64,000 nt of DNA, taken from positions 8,308,001 to 8,372,000 of the forward strand of contig OZ024755.1 in assembly GCA_964016885.1 (NCBI GenBank), written 5' to 3'. The notes beneath the pieces were generated by a model. It saw nothing but the letters and a program-made list of their open reading frames with translations. It did no database searches and had not been told where the DNA came from. The translations under genes and the position numbers were made by a program. Shown piece by piece: positions 1 through 14,155 of the stretch. The number at the start of each line of letters is the position of its first letter. The stretch's first letter is position 1. The stretch is from Eledone cirrhosa. Its lineage: Eukaryota.

Positions 1-552
1 TATTTCTGTTAAAGAATATTGAATATTCTCGCAACACTACTTAAAATAGACATAATTTTCTTATTCATTGGAGCAGAAAAGATTCCAATTCTTCACGATG
101 TGTAGTCAAAATCTGGAAAAACATGACTACATCGTTTGTTATAATCCCAGTTAATTTTACACTACACAGAAAACAGAAAACTGTAACGACGTCGTATAGA
201 ATGGATTTTACATGAGTGCTATTTCTATTGAACCTAGCATGGATTAACGGTGAAAATCGAAAGAAATTTCTAATGCACCGTTGCTTTTAAATACTATATA
301 TTACGTTTCACTGTGCTTCTCCTCTTAACAGTAAAATAGAATGAAAATATTCAATGGTGGTAGTTGAATTATATGGACAGTAAAGAGGATTTAATTATCC
401 TTCCTGGATATTTTCTAAATAAGATACAACTAACTCGCTATCAAAACCAATCAATATTTTCGCCATAAAACTCATTCAATTCAAAACATTTCACGTATGT
501 TTCTACAGATATATTCCTGCATCGCTTAAATACACATATCTCTTACCTACAT

Positions 553-574
553 ATGTATATATATATAAATTGTG

Positions 575-605
<31 letters not shown>

Positions 606-635
606 GTTATATATATATATATATATATATAGTGT

Positions 636-667
<32 letters not shown>

Positions 668-697
668 GTTATATATATATATATATATATATAGTGT

Positions 698-729
<32 letters not shown>

Positions 730-730
730 G

Positions 731-761
<31 letters not shown>

Positions 762-790
762 GTTATATATATATATATATATATATAGTG

Positions 791-868
<78 letters not shown>

Positions 869-897
869 TTATATATATATATATATATATATAGTGT

Positions 898-928
<31 letters not shown>

Positions 929-952
929 TTATATATATATATATATATAGTG

Positions 953-1001
<49 letters not shown>

Positions 1002-1002
1002 G

Positions 1003-1033
<31 letters not shown>

Positions 1034-1089
1034 GTTATATATATATATATAGTGTAATATATATATATATGTATATATATATATGTATA

Positions 1090-1169
<80 letters not shown>

Positions 1170-1170
1170 C
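553..1170. repeat. Compound microsatellite: (TA)n blocks punctuated by GTGT (TAGTGTTA/TTGTGTTA)
   Basis: Read directly; the GTGT interruption recurs roughly every 22-50 bp. Confidence 0.95.
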
Positions 1171-1242
1171 ATATGGATGTAGAAGTGTACATGTGTGCAT
1201 GTCAGCGGAATTAATTAACTGTGTGGGTACGCATGAACATGA

Positions 1243-1285
<43 letters not shown>

Positions 1286-1327
1286 CCTCCCAAAGTATAA
1301 CAATATATATATATATATATATATATA

Positions 1328-1405
1328 CAAGTTGTCCCAAAATATGTATACACATTATTATCAAAATGCTGTTGAAGTGTATATACATTTTTGAGGGACA
1401 TCATG
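1328..1405. mobile_element. Short Tc1/mariner-type MITE remnant
   Basis: Imperfect terminal inverted repeats CAAGTTGTCCCAAAATATGTATACAC / GTGTATATACATTTTTGAGGGACATCATG flanked by TA; related copy at 7733-7809. Confidence 0.6.
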
Positions 1406-1844
1406 TATACACATACACACACTCACACAATCCTACTTATGTGTGTGTGTTCAGAAAGATGTCATGTTTAAGACTAAGGTAATGTCTTAATCATTATTCA
1501 ATCCAAAAGACTTATAGATATTCTAAGGATTCTACCATACAGTTAAGCTTCTATTGTTTCGAATCGGTGTGTGTATATGTATCTATATGTAATATGTATG
1601 TATAATATACGTTTCTTTATATATGGCTGGCTATATACACACGTACTATCCTTCTGTAAATGTTATTTTTCCGTTTCTTCGTCTATCGTTCTATTTCTTT
1701 TATCTCTCATTCTAACTTCTTACGAAACATACTTTTCCTACAATGTCAAGCATTAAATTAATATATATCTTCATTGTAATCTATCATTTACCTGTGTTAT
1801 TTTTTCGTTTGATATTTGCATACATATATGTGTGCGCGCACACA

Positions 1845-1846
1845 TG

Positions 1847-1885
<39 letters not shown>

Positions 1886-1917
1886 TATATATATATATAA
1901 TATATATTATATATATA

Positions 1918-1982
<65 letters not shown>

Positions 1983-2174
1983 TATATATATATTATATAT
2001 TATATATATATTATATATTATATATATATTATATATTATATATATATTATATATTATATATATATTATATATAATATATATATATATTATATATATATAA
2101 TATATATATATATATTATATATATATTATATATATATTATATATATATATATAATATATATATATATAATATAT

Positions 2175-2234
<60 letters not shown>

Positions 2235-2250
2235 GTTTGTATGTGTTTAA

Positions 2251-2281
<31 letters not shown>

Positions 2282-2434
2282 ATGTATATATGTATACATT
2301 GTATATATATATATATGTATATATGCACGTGTATATAAATATTTATTTTATATAGATGTTTATATAAATATGTGTGTATATTTGTATATATGTATATATG
2401 TATATATATCCATATATATATATATTTATTTATG

Positions 2435-2468
<34 letters not shown>

Positions 2469-2590
2469 TATATATATTCACATGTTTATGCACCCGAACA
2501 CACAGTCACACATAGACATATACGTACATATATACATACATACACGTACATATATATATATACATAGATACAAGTACATATATGTATAAT
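1845..2590. repeat. (CA)n/(TA)n/TATTA-type microsatellite complex
   Basis: Read directly. Confidence 0.9.
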
Positions 2591-2944
2591 ATCATATAGA
2601 AATATCTCATTGCTGAGATTTGATTCATTTTTATTTTTTGCTTCAAATTATTTTCCTGTATATTACTTGGTTGCCTAAATCTCTATATCTCCTACATAAA
2701 TCTGGGCATATTTATGGTTATAAAGATGGCACGTACAGCATCACAACATTGCCCACTGTATTTTATAGGCGTTCACTTATTGTCTATGATTGTTCAAGTA
2801 GTGACATCTAGTGTCTTGCGTTGAACAATATCTCATAAAACAGCTGTGATTGTTTGACACGGGAATCCTCTAAACGCGACAAATTGCACATTACTGTCAA
2901 AAGTAATTTTGAAATTACTGGCATTAATATAAATAACAGCAATA

Positions 2945-3530
2945 TATTTGTTATTGTTGTTAGGGATGTTATCATTGTTGTTGTCGGTACTATTTTTGGT
3001 CATTGTTTTATTTCTGTTATTATTGTTTTTATTTTGTTTTTGGTATTTTTATTATAATTTTTATTTTTATTATTTTTATTATTAGTTTATTGCTGTTGTT
3101 ATTTTTTATTGTTGTTGTTATTGTTGTTATTTTCTATTGTTGTTATTGTTTTCGTTATTGTTGGTGTTATGCTTGTTATGCTGTTGCTGTTGTGTTTTGT
3201 ATTTTGTATTTTCATTGTTGCTTTCGTCATCAGTGTTGCAGTTTTTGTTATTATTATTCTTAGTATTATTATTAACGGTACTACAGTACTAGTTTGTAAA
3301 CATCAATACTAATGATAATTAAATAAATACAATGATAATTATGAAGATGTTGATTATGACGATAATGATGGAGATGATGACGATGATGATAACACTGCTG
3401 ACGATGATGGCGATATCGATGAGCGATGTGATGATGACAGTTGTAGTGACAATGAGAATTGTGAAGATCATAAACATATTGATGATGACGATGATGTTGA
3501 TGGTGATAAGGAGGAGATGGTGACGATGAC
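2945..3530. repeat. Degenerate (TTA/TTG)n then (GAT)n trinucleotide repeats
   Basis: Read directly; explains the hydrophobic and Met-rich spurious ORFs here. Confidence 0.85.
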
Positions 3531-4489
3531 GTATCAAGGAAGCGAGAAATATCAATTTAATATTGACAGTTTTATAGAAATGACAAGGAAATTTTAAAAC
3601 TTGAAAATTTAAGGAATAAATTGAAATAATGTTAATACGAGACAACAGACCAAAGGGGGCAGAAAATGATACAAGGTATGGCACGACAATATATTGTTTC
3701 ACGTGATTAATGATACAGTACTGAGGACATATCATATGATTAGCCTCGAGAGAAGGATGTACTATTTTTCTATGACATTTGATTATAAGATAATTTCCTG
3801 GTTACAATTTGCGTTGACTGTTTGCTGGTTATAAACCCTCCGTAGTCTTCCGTGATTAACATTATGTGTTCGCTCAGCTAAACATTAAAAACTCTATATG
3901 ATTCTATACAGAAATTGAAACACATTTCCTCATGAAAAAGTCACTCATCAGTCATGTGCTAAATCTCATAGACCAACACTTAGCTATGAATGGAGGGAGA
4001 GAGAGAAGAAAGAAATCAATCGAAAAGGAGTTGTCTGGATTTAGACAATATAGAAATAAAAGCTACCATAATATAGAAAAGAAAAGACAGCGAAGTAAAT
4101 CCCTACGAGTAGTTACATATATTGGCAGTACAGCATGACAAAGTTACGTGAAATAGTTGCATAAGATTCAGTAGAAATTTCGCTTCTGTTTTCCAATATC
4201 GGGAAAAAGACGAGATATCAAAGCAGATTCCTAATACTTTGATGTCTCCAGCAAACTATATTTGAAAAATACTTAGCTAATAGAGAGCCTTTGGCAAAAA
4301 TACCGATGAAGAAGAATAGTTATTATTTTATATGTTTATTTCAATAATTAGTCTGCGGCTTGGGCACCACCATCATACCAACATTAGTACTGGATTTTTT
4401 TCTTAAATTCAAATAGTTATCTTATTGATCTCTTGTTGTGGAACATTTAATTACGAATCATAAACATAATTGTAGAAACACACACACAC

Positions 4490-4569
<80 letters not shown>

Positions 4570-4656
4570 AAACACTAAGTATCGAGTATTCTGGTATGTG
4601 TTATGGTCCACCTGGTATCCTACCACATCTTCTTTGTTATATATATATATATATTA

Positions 4657-4769
4657 GAAAGTGTCGGGGCCCGACGTTTGAGCTCTTGTCGCTTCGACAG
4701 CTAGTTCTAGACACTTTGGATCTAACTATCGAAAAGGCAAGAGTTCATCCATCGAGGCCCATCCCTTTC
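4657..4769. mobile_element. Diverged 113-bp fold-back element built from two inverted HHR 3' halves (same family as 7919-8031)
   Basis: Left arm GAAAGTGTCGGGGCCCGACG...TTCGACAGCTAG aligns to the reverse complement of the right arm. Length and tail (CCCAAGTATCAAGTACTCTG) match the 7919-8031 element; a further tail copy lies at 4567-4639. Confidence 0.7.
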
Positions 4770-4837
4770 TAGTATCCCAAGTATCAAGTACTCTGTTGGA
4801 TAATGAATGCTCTAGCTAGTGTAATACAGGTTTAATC

Positions 4838-4919
<82 letters not shown>

Positions 4920-4976
4920 TATAACCAAAACTGGAATTGAACCATCAGCACAGTTGAGGTATGTCAGACATCAATT

Positions 4977-5042
4977 TATTTTATCTGATGAGTAGGTACT
5001 GATGGAACAGCTCAGTACCTCTGAAATATATATAATAAAATA
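4977..5042 (+). ncRNA. Type I hammerhead ribozyme (PLE-type)
   Basis: Stem I UAUUUUAU/AUAAAAUA; core CUGAUGA 4985-4991; stem II AGGUACUGA/UCAGUACCU; GAAA 5023-5026; palindromic stem III AUAUAUAU; cleavage triplet AUA (after 5034). Confidence 0.75.
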
Positions 5043-5088
5043 TATTTGATCACATGAATGTCTATATTTATTAATATTTTGAAGTTAA

Positions 5089-5150
<62 letters not shown>

Positions 5151-5262
5151 GTCTGTATAAACTCTCTCTATTTCACTCTCTTTCTCATATATTATACATG
5201 TGTGTGTGTGTTATGTTTGTGTTTAGATATGTACATTTGTGTGTTCATAGAAAAGTTTGCAA

Positions 5263-5371
<109 letters not shown>

Positions 5372-7732
5372 GTGTGTGAGTGTGTGTTTTCTAAATATAC
5401 ATTTTTCATACATTAATATAGAAATAACAAAAAAACAAACAAACGAAACAGATATAATTTTTCAGAGAAATGTAAGATCTTTCAAGATTGATAGAACATT
5501 TCAAAATATAAATATTTATTATTTTATAACTAAGTAGCAGTGAATTGATTAATAGATATTACAAAGTTCAGTTAGTTTCTATCATCATTTTATACGCGGA
5601 AAAAAATGTACTCTTTAATAAACTAGAAATATCTAAGTTGCATGAAAAAAAGTCAATATATGTGATCTATGAGACATTATATAGACACATATATGTAATT
5701 AAGATAATATATTTGTTAACGCCAATTGATAGGGTGAATGGCAAACAATGACAATGATTGATGTAATAGATGAGAAATATTTATTATTTCATGTTTGCTA
5801 TATTTTTATGTGATATTTCAAATGCACGACGGACCGGTTAGTATAATCTCTATTTTTCTTAAAATTAAAAAGGATCAGTCTGACCAATAGGCTAACAAAT
5901 TGTTATTCTCCCCCCCCCCCCTCATTGTTGTTGCTATTTGTCGATCAGAACCCTGGCAGAATATCACTGATTTCCACACTAACAGAAAGTGGGATTTCAA
6001 CAAAGAACCTATTCAGCGGAACCGATATCGCAAATTATCCTGTACAACACTTTAACAATTCCACCAATCCACCATGCCTGGACTGCTACACTATTTATCG
6101 ATCTTCAAATGGTAACTAACAAAATGGACCTCAACGAAAATTAAACTCAGAGAGCAGAGAACTGAAATATTTATCGGGGTATTTAATCGAACCATCTTTT
6201 GCCGACTATTTTGTCAACACACCACCTATATATGAAAAATACTAGGTCTCAAAATTGCGATGCAACCATTATGTATGTATGTATGTGACTGGGCTGTATA
6301 TAGACATAGTTATGTGTCGCTATGTGTTCTGTGTTTGTGTGATAACGTCGATGAATAAATATAGTAGATGGTGTTCTTTTAGAAGCCAGCCATTACAGGA
6401 ATATTGATAAGACAGGAAGATCAATGGAAGGCTATCTTTAGTTTTATCAAGCATGACCTTGAATTCTTCACGTGAAATCTGCAGCTCTATCGCTGACAGC
6501 AAGTCTACACACAACACACATACATTAGCTAAGCATTCGTTGCATTCGTGTATTTCGCTGCGTCTTCACACGACACTATCGCTAAGAGGCAGTCTATACA
6601 TATTTACACACACACACACATGTATATATATATATATATATAGTATTGTACTGTTTTATATTTTTGTATATACGAATGTATCGTATGTATGTGAATTTGA
6701 CAAAGTGTTGATGATGAAGTTAGTTGTGGTGAAAGCAGAGACGTTGCTTTATCTATGTTGTATTACATTATTTGTTTATTGTATAGCAATATATATTTAA
6801 GTTTATTGCTTAACATAAAAGGAAGTTTATATTGAAAAGAACGACACAGTTATTGCAAAATTAATTTCAATCTGACATTTAACAATACTCCCCCGAAACA
6901 TGTTAAGCTATTGTTAGAATCTATTATAAAGAAGAAAAAATAAAACATCAGTCGTTTTAAATTACTGAAATGAAAGGGGGAAATTATGTGGAAGTGTCGA
7001 GATTTTCGAAATAGTTCAATTTGGGTGCAAAGTGCCGTGCAACATAGAAATAAATTAGCTACAGATTAACAGCTATTTGACATTTTAATGGAATCGCTTC
7101 GATATTTTCTCTACTGCAGTTACTTAAATTTATACAATTTACTGTTTGTCTCTAGGTGCCTTCTATAACACTCGACCTAATTAGTCTGTATTTCTATGTG
7201 ATGCTAATATTTAACATAGAACACGAAATACGACAAATACTGGACATACACTTGTTCTCTCTAAGTGCTGGAAATAGCAGCTGTACCTTCTTAAACACAG
7301 ATATACATTAGGTAATATTGATCATAGAAATGTATGTTGTGGGATTGACATTCTTATTTCTTTTCTAAGATCTATTTTAATTAAAATTACATTTAATCTC
7401 TTATCAGAGGTGCCTCACGAAATTGGTACACTGGTACACGAAATTGGTACGCTTTTGTGGAGCGAGAGACTCCTAGTCTTCATTAAGACATCTTTCTACG
7501 AGAAGGTCACTCTTATATAAGACCTGCAACTTCGTTTGCCTCCGATGATGTAGACCAGTTCTTCTTTTTGAGTAAATGCATTCGATCTTCAGAGAGAGGG
7601 ATTGGTTTCGTACAAAGACTTTCCTCGCTTAAAAAGCCATGTTTGTGATGCTCGTGCTTAAGTATCAAACGATGACATTACTCAAAATCGAGTAACAGCC
7701 TTCAACATCATCATCATATATATATATATATA

Positions 7733-7804
7733 CAGGGTGTCCTCGAAGATGTATACAGACAGCAACAGCGTTCTAATAAAAGTGTGTATACATTTCTGGG
7801 GACA

Positions 7805-7809
<5 letters not shown>
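7733..7809. mobile_element. Short Tc1/mariner-type MITE remnant
   Basis: TA-CAGGGTGTCCTCGAAGATGTATACA ... TGTATACATTTCTGGGGACACC inverted termini inside (TA)n. Confidence 0.65.
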
Positions 7810-7835
<26 letters not shown>

Positions 7836-7838
<3 letters not shown>

Positions 7839-8027
7839 CAAAGGAATTGTGGTAAGGAACCAAATGGACCATAACGCACCAGAGTACTCAATACTTAGGG
7901 TAGTAGAGTGGCAAATAGGAAAAAGTATGACCCCGACGGCAGAGTTCAAGCCGTTTCGAGGGCTATTTCTGGACAGTCCAGAAATAGCCGTCGAAAAAGC
8001 TTGAGCTCTGCCGTCGGGGTCATACTT

Positions 8028-8031
<4 letters not shown>
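7836..8031 (-). mobile_element. Fold-back element: 113-bp near-perfect palindrome (7919-8031, centre 7975) of HHR 3' halves plus about 80-bp tail, in (TA)n
   Basis: Arms GAAAAAGTATGACCCCGACGGCAGAG...CTGGAC-A-GTCCAG...CTCTGCCGTCGGGGTCATACTTTTTC; minus strand reads GAA-ACGGC-loop-GCCGU-C (stem III plus GUC). Confidence 0.8.
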
Positions 8032-8066
<35 letters not shown>

Positions 8067-8601
8067 CATATACATATATTGCATACATACATATTATTGC
8101 ATATTGCCTCTATCACAGTTCCATTGCGTGTCAGCAAGCTTTATGTATGATGTCATTTTGTTCATTTTGTCACATGAGAATTATTATAAACATCGGGACA
8201 CCTGCATCTAATATTGTCATTATTGGTCGCTTATGTTTTTATACGACAGAGAGTTTTATATCATATTTAATTCAGTCATTGTCTCCTTTTATTTTTTCAA
8301 TAGTTTTTGTTTTCAGTTATTTATTTCAATTATTACAGTGGCTACTCTAAACGAATATTTCATTAGATCGTTAAATACGAACCAATGTAAAAAAACCCAT
8401 TGTAATTGAGTATTATATTTTCCCTTTACCATATTTCAGAGATAGAGAGATTGAGTATATCATGTTCTATTTGGTAGCATCTGTATGTTATGATATACTA
8501 GTAAATATTCGCTGAAGTCTAAAGTGTATTATTTTACTGATGTCGGGACATCATTATATATATATATATCAACCCGCCAATCTATATTATTTCTCATTAT
8601 T

Positions 8602-8637
8602 TCTTCTGATGAAGGACTAGCGTCCGAAACGTTGAGA
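8602..8637 (+). ncRNA. Minimal type I hammerhead ribozyme (PLE pseudo-LTR type)
   Basis: UCUU-CUGAUGA-A-GGAC(UAGC)GUCC-GAAAC-GUU-GAGA. Confidence 0.7.
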
Positions 8638-8734
8638 CCCTCTTCCTGCTATATCAAGCGTTAACCTAATATATCCCTTCCATATACTGTTGCGATTGTG
8701 TTTTTATTTCTGTTTAACTTTTACACACACACAT

Positions 8735-8779
<45 letters not shown>

Positions 8780-8829
8780 ATCAGTCAATTTTTGTCGTCG
8801 AACCGTTACGTCAGGGGACATAATGTGTG

Positions 8830-9003
8830 TGTGTGTGTGCGTGTTGTGTAAAGCCTCTACACACTTTCCATGTGCCAAATTCCAAGACATTGGTCGAACC
8901 GAGGCTATATTAGAAGACACTTTCCCAAGACTCCACACAGTTAGAAGGAATCTGAGACCGTATGGTTGAAATGCGAACTCCCTAACAAGTCAGCGCCAGG
9001 CCT
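8830..9003 (-). mobile_element. Degenerate tRNA-derived SINE 5' part
   Basis: Reverse complement contains TTGGGAAAGTGTCTTCTAATATAGCCTCGG, a SINE body motif recognised by eye; related remnants near 16540-16710 and 22430-22750. Confidence 0.5.
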
Positions 9004-9303
9004 GTGTGATTGATAGTATTATGAAAGTTATCACTTATGAATATTCTGATGAAAATTCTTTGAATGAATTACATTGGCTTCAAATGTAAACTAAACCAGA
9101 GATAGCATAGTACGAAGATATGTCATATGTAGTTTCAATTTCACTATCGCAACACGGTATGTAAATATATGTTGTCCAAAATGAAATGTAATATGAGAAT
9201 CAATATTTCACAATGTTTATAAATTGATGTTAGTAGGTTTCTTGGCGATCTGATTTGAATAATATAAATTATCCAGTGACTCACACAGTATATATACATA
9301 TAT

Positions 9304-9339
<36 letters not shown>

Positions 9340-9351
9340 GCCCCTATACAG

Positions 9352-9398
<47 letters not shown>

Positions 9399-11149
9399 CA
9401 TACACACACATATATATATATACAGACACACATATATATAAATATATTCACATAAATATATATATAGAGAGAGATATATACAGTTTTATATATATATATA
9501 TATAAATTCACAACTTCTTCACGTATATATTTTGATATGCAATGATGTGACAGAATATTTCGCAGTTTATGTTCGTATTCTATACAAACATAACTAGGCC
9601 CGTATCCTTTCAAACTCTAACACATAAGAATAATTAAAAAAAGCCCAAGTAGGAACTATTGCCTCCATATCTCGGGGTGTGGTTTTGTTTTACGAACTGT
9701 TACGTTAAACCACATAAAATCAGCTAATCCTTATAATGTCACTCACTCTCCAGCATCTGGCCCACGGACATGTTATTTCACCCCTCAGATTTTTCTATCC
9801 TTTCTACAACTACAATCGTCTCTACTTCTCCCCTCCCAGCTTACCAAAGGTATTTCACCTCCAGGAGAACATTATCTAATTATTAGACACCCCCCACATC
9901 ACTCAAGGTGATTCTACCGCGCCCCTATGAACAAAACCTTGGCCTACACATGTCATTTCCAAGGGAGTGAACTTGCAACAATTTATAGAGTATAACAACG
10001 TATTTCTAAAAACCTACAGACAAAGGATGAGGATGGTATCGTGGCAGTTGAAAATGCAAATTCATGAATTTTAATAATCGATCAATAGTTTCGAATTTTG
10101 GTGTTTTTTGTACATCACGTATTTCCTGGTTGTTGAGGTTGAGAGATGATTCAATATAAGGAAATTGATTGGAAAAAAAAAAGAATAAATAAAATATCTA
10201 GTATTTTTCTGGCAGCGTTTTCATGGACTTGAACCTATGACCTTATTTTAAGTCGAGAAAAAATAACATTCCCCTCTTGGAAAGTGTAGAATGTTAGCTA
10301 CGTTTAGTGGGTGACACCAACTTTAGATTAATCTTTGATTATGTACTGTTTTAAAGAATATAATTGAAATGTGAAGGGGATCGAAGTTGGTGCATAGCAC
10401 ATGCCAATAATCGAAGGAAAATTAGAAGAAAAACTCTCTTCCAAATATAAAACAAAAACAATATCTGACAATAATAATTATGCTATAAAAATGAACCCCG
10501 ATTTCTGCAGCAACTGCTAGGATATGTTAAGAAAGGTTAGGATGGCTAAATGTTCAATATTTCTTGAGAAAAGTTACGAAGTTTAACGCTCAATACGTCT
10601 GTTGGCTATATTTAATGTTTTAGTCACGGAGAAGGGGTAACAGCCATGACCCTGGTAGACCCTTCGAAACCAGAAATTGATTCGGTTGGTGTTAATCTGA
10701 AAGAACCGAAAGTTGACGAATGCATGTTAACACAGGAACGGGAAAGTCATTGCAGACAATTGGCGTTCTGAGAATCATTAGGTAGCACATAGTTTATGGC
10801 AAGTAAGAAGAAATCAATAGCAAAGTTGGAATGGACGTCCGTAGGTTATAACGGTAAGACATCCAGTTGTGTGATCAACGGAAGAATTTGCTCTTGAAAT
10901 GAAGGTTTAAATGCCTGAACATTCAACAGTCATTATTCTCGTGGAGATTCACTGTGAAATCGTGTATAACAAGCCTAATACTTCTATTTCTAGTCCAGTC
11001 TATGCGAACTGCTTCGAAAATGTGTCCGTCTCCTACCAAGTAACGCTGACAAGGATCGAATCAAGGCTCTGTGAAAGGAAATATGATCCCCATGCCACTC
11101 ACTTAGAATCCTTGATTGATTGAACATAATTGTTCAGTTGTATTGTGTT

Positions 11150-11400
11150 GTTGTTGTTACAGCTCACACCTATGCAGGTTTAGCTGGCCTCCTCCAAGGT
11201 CTATCTCGTTGGAGGTGTCTCGTGTGATTTAATGATAGGGACCCCAGTCCTATCATCTCATTTCTACAGCTGAGTAAACTGGAGCAACGTGAAATAAAGT
11301 GTCTTGCTCAAGGAAACAACACATAACCCGGTCCGAGAATTGAACTGACAACCTTTCGATTGCAAGCCCAAAGCCCTAACCACTAAACCATGCGCCTTCA
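11150..11400 (-). mobile_element. tRNA-derived SINE
   Basis: Minus strand: TGAAGGCGCATGGTTTAGTGG (A box)...GTTCAATTC (B box)...CCTTGAGCAAGACACTTTATTTCACGTTGCTCCAG, ending in (CAA)n; same motif at 17190-17330 and 61215-61250. Confidence 0.8.
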
Positions 11401-14121
11401 CGTATTGTGTCCACTCAGCAAATTTAATACTGTAACATACGGCAGCAACAATCTAGAAAGAACATATTTAAATGACACTTGTGCTATGCGTGATTCATGA
11501 AAAGTATTCAATCAATGTGTAATTGTATCGTGTATAGTATATCCTCTGACATTTAAATTTAGAACATAGTCATAAGAACTTAATTTCATTTTAAGTAGAT
11601 TATTCAATGAATTAGTAGCTTCACACATATATTGGTGATAGACAAATAAATGACAGCTTCCTTCTAGAGTATTTCACACGATATATCAAAGAAAACAAAG
11701 TGGCAAGTTGGCACAGTCGTTTGATTGTCAGCTAGAACGCTTTGTGTTATTTATTCCCGTTATTTACATTTCACCTTAAAATCCTGCAGGCTTCGATGTT
11801 GTTTTTACATTTTCGACATCTCTAAGTAAAATACAAGTGCTGAGTTCGAATCTTTCATGCTTTCTAGTTCATGTTCTCCACCTTTCTTTCTTTTGACAAA
11901 ATCAGTTGTGATCAGACGTGCAGAGACAAAATATCGATCATGTCTATTTCCGTTAATATTTGCAAGTCAGTTTTATTCTGTAAATCACGTTGTACTGATG
12001 ATGTGCTTTGATATTTGTTTCATCAGCATTCCATCAGTTTAGGTTCCATCTCATTATTTGTGTTTTCTTCATATTTTCACTCTGCTATTGAGCATATCCA
12101 CTGATGAGCTATATGCAACATATATATAAGTTATAGCATATTTCTGGCTGAGGACCAAGTGAGTAAATGTCACAAACGGTGAATAGAAAAACCCCAAACA
12201 AACTAAAACAATGTTGCCTAGCATTCATACGTTGCTACTCATATAGCTGTAACTCAGCCATAGCTTAAGAAAACTTTAGCGAGATTTATTTATGTTTATT
12301 ATAGATAGATATTTTCTACAAGCTTTCATATGTGCATCTATTGTTTATAATGCTATGTAAGTACTACTCATATTGAATAATTTATGTCAACAGATCCTGG
12401 TGAATGTCCTTTATTAATCCAAAGGCTATTTAAAAGTGATTTCGTATAACAGAAATCTGCTGAAATGAAAACAAAAATGAAGTAATTCTGAATTAGAACA
12501 CATAATTTGCTTTGCTTCATATTTAACAATATATGTCAACAGCGTTCTTGAACCAAACGTCATTTTAAGAAGATTTCCTCTAACAGATATCTACTGAAAT
12601 GGAAGAAAAATGAAGTTCTTTTGATTTGTACAACGAATATTAACATTGAAAACTAGTTGCTGGAGGTAGAGTAGCGTAATATTTGAATCAAATTAAAGCA
12701 GTGAAGTGTTAAAATTGAAATTATTATTTCGGACAGGTCAATGAAAAGCTATTGAAAAGAGGGCAGACATCCCTATAAACGAAGATGTTAACTCGACAGA
12801 AACAGAAGTGGAAGAGAGAAAAATCGATATGTTTGTGGTAGGTGACGATAAGAACTATAAGGATGACAGGAGTTACACATACACGGAAGCAAATAAGAAG
12901 ACATATATAGATATGTATTGAGTCATTCTCCTGCGTGTCAGTTCAGAAATAGACGTATGCATAGGATTAAGTATTTCTACACGTAATATCTTATAAATAC
13001 ATACATGAGCAAACGGGCATATAGATATAACACTCTTATGCACGGTCACATACATACAGGCATGCACATATACATACATACGCAGGATTATGCATTTCAG
13101 CACGCAACATCATATCAACAAATAGAACCAGACACACATACTCACGTGCTCACAAACTCACACACAGTCACACACACTCTCACACACACATTCACACCAA
13201 CACACACACTCAAACACACTCTCACACACTCATATACTCACACACACACTTACACACACACACTCACATACTCTCTCACACACAAACGCACACACTCCCA
13301 CTTACACACACACATATAACAGAGGTATATGGTCAATAGAGAAAGGTATATACACACACACATATAACGGATTTGCGCATGATCACAAATAGCCAGAAGC
13401 ATACATACGAACACACACAGATATACACACACATACACACCAGATTATGCATGTCTGCACGCAACTTCACATAAATACATACAATATGAACTTCCATATA
13501 TAGACATATGTGAATTTATCAAATAGATGTGCTTTCTTAAATACACATGTATGCCTACGAACACTCAAACACACACACACGCTCATATGCGCACAAACAT
13601 TCACATACATGCATACACACACAATAATATGGAACATACACGTGGATATAACATGTCAGAGGTCATAGACGCCCGTCGACATAGAACTACACATACGCAG
13701 AGAATCTCGTGTATGTCTGCTTATAAAACCACATAACTATACGAAAATAGATGTGAATATTAAATATGTATAAATTCGATCCCAAATAGGCACATGTATG
13801 TATACAAATACATATACAAATACATATGAATACATATGATATGAACATGCGATCCTAAACACAAGCATATGTACGAACACACACACACAAATGCATGCTG
13901 TCAGTAACGCAAGGATGTATGAACAAACGCCCATAATATGCATTTCCACACGCAATAATATAAACACATGAGATATTGAGATATTTCCGCTCAAAAATAG
14001 ACACTCGTATACATACGAACACACACATATACATAGATATTACCGTGCACGTCGGAATGCCACATCAAAACTACAAACCATAACTCAAACACAAAACAGC
14101 ATTATCACAGATCTCCTTATA

Positions 14122-14155
<34 letters not shown>

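Noticed and set aside
9046-9075. CUGAUGAAAAUUCUUUGAAUGAAU
   Set aside because: GAAU instead of GAAA and no stems I or III; chance match in AT-rich DNA
12102-12145. CUGAUGA followed by GCUAUA/UAUAGC stem
   Set aside because: No GAAA after the stem, so it is not a hammerhead as it stands
12740-12920. Purine-rich open frame (KAIEKRADIPINEDVNSTETEVEERK...)
   Set aside because: No start codon, convincing splice context or recognisable homology
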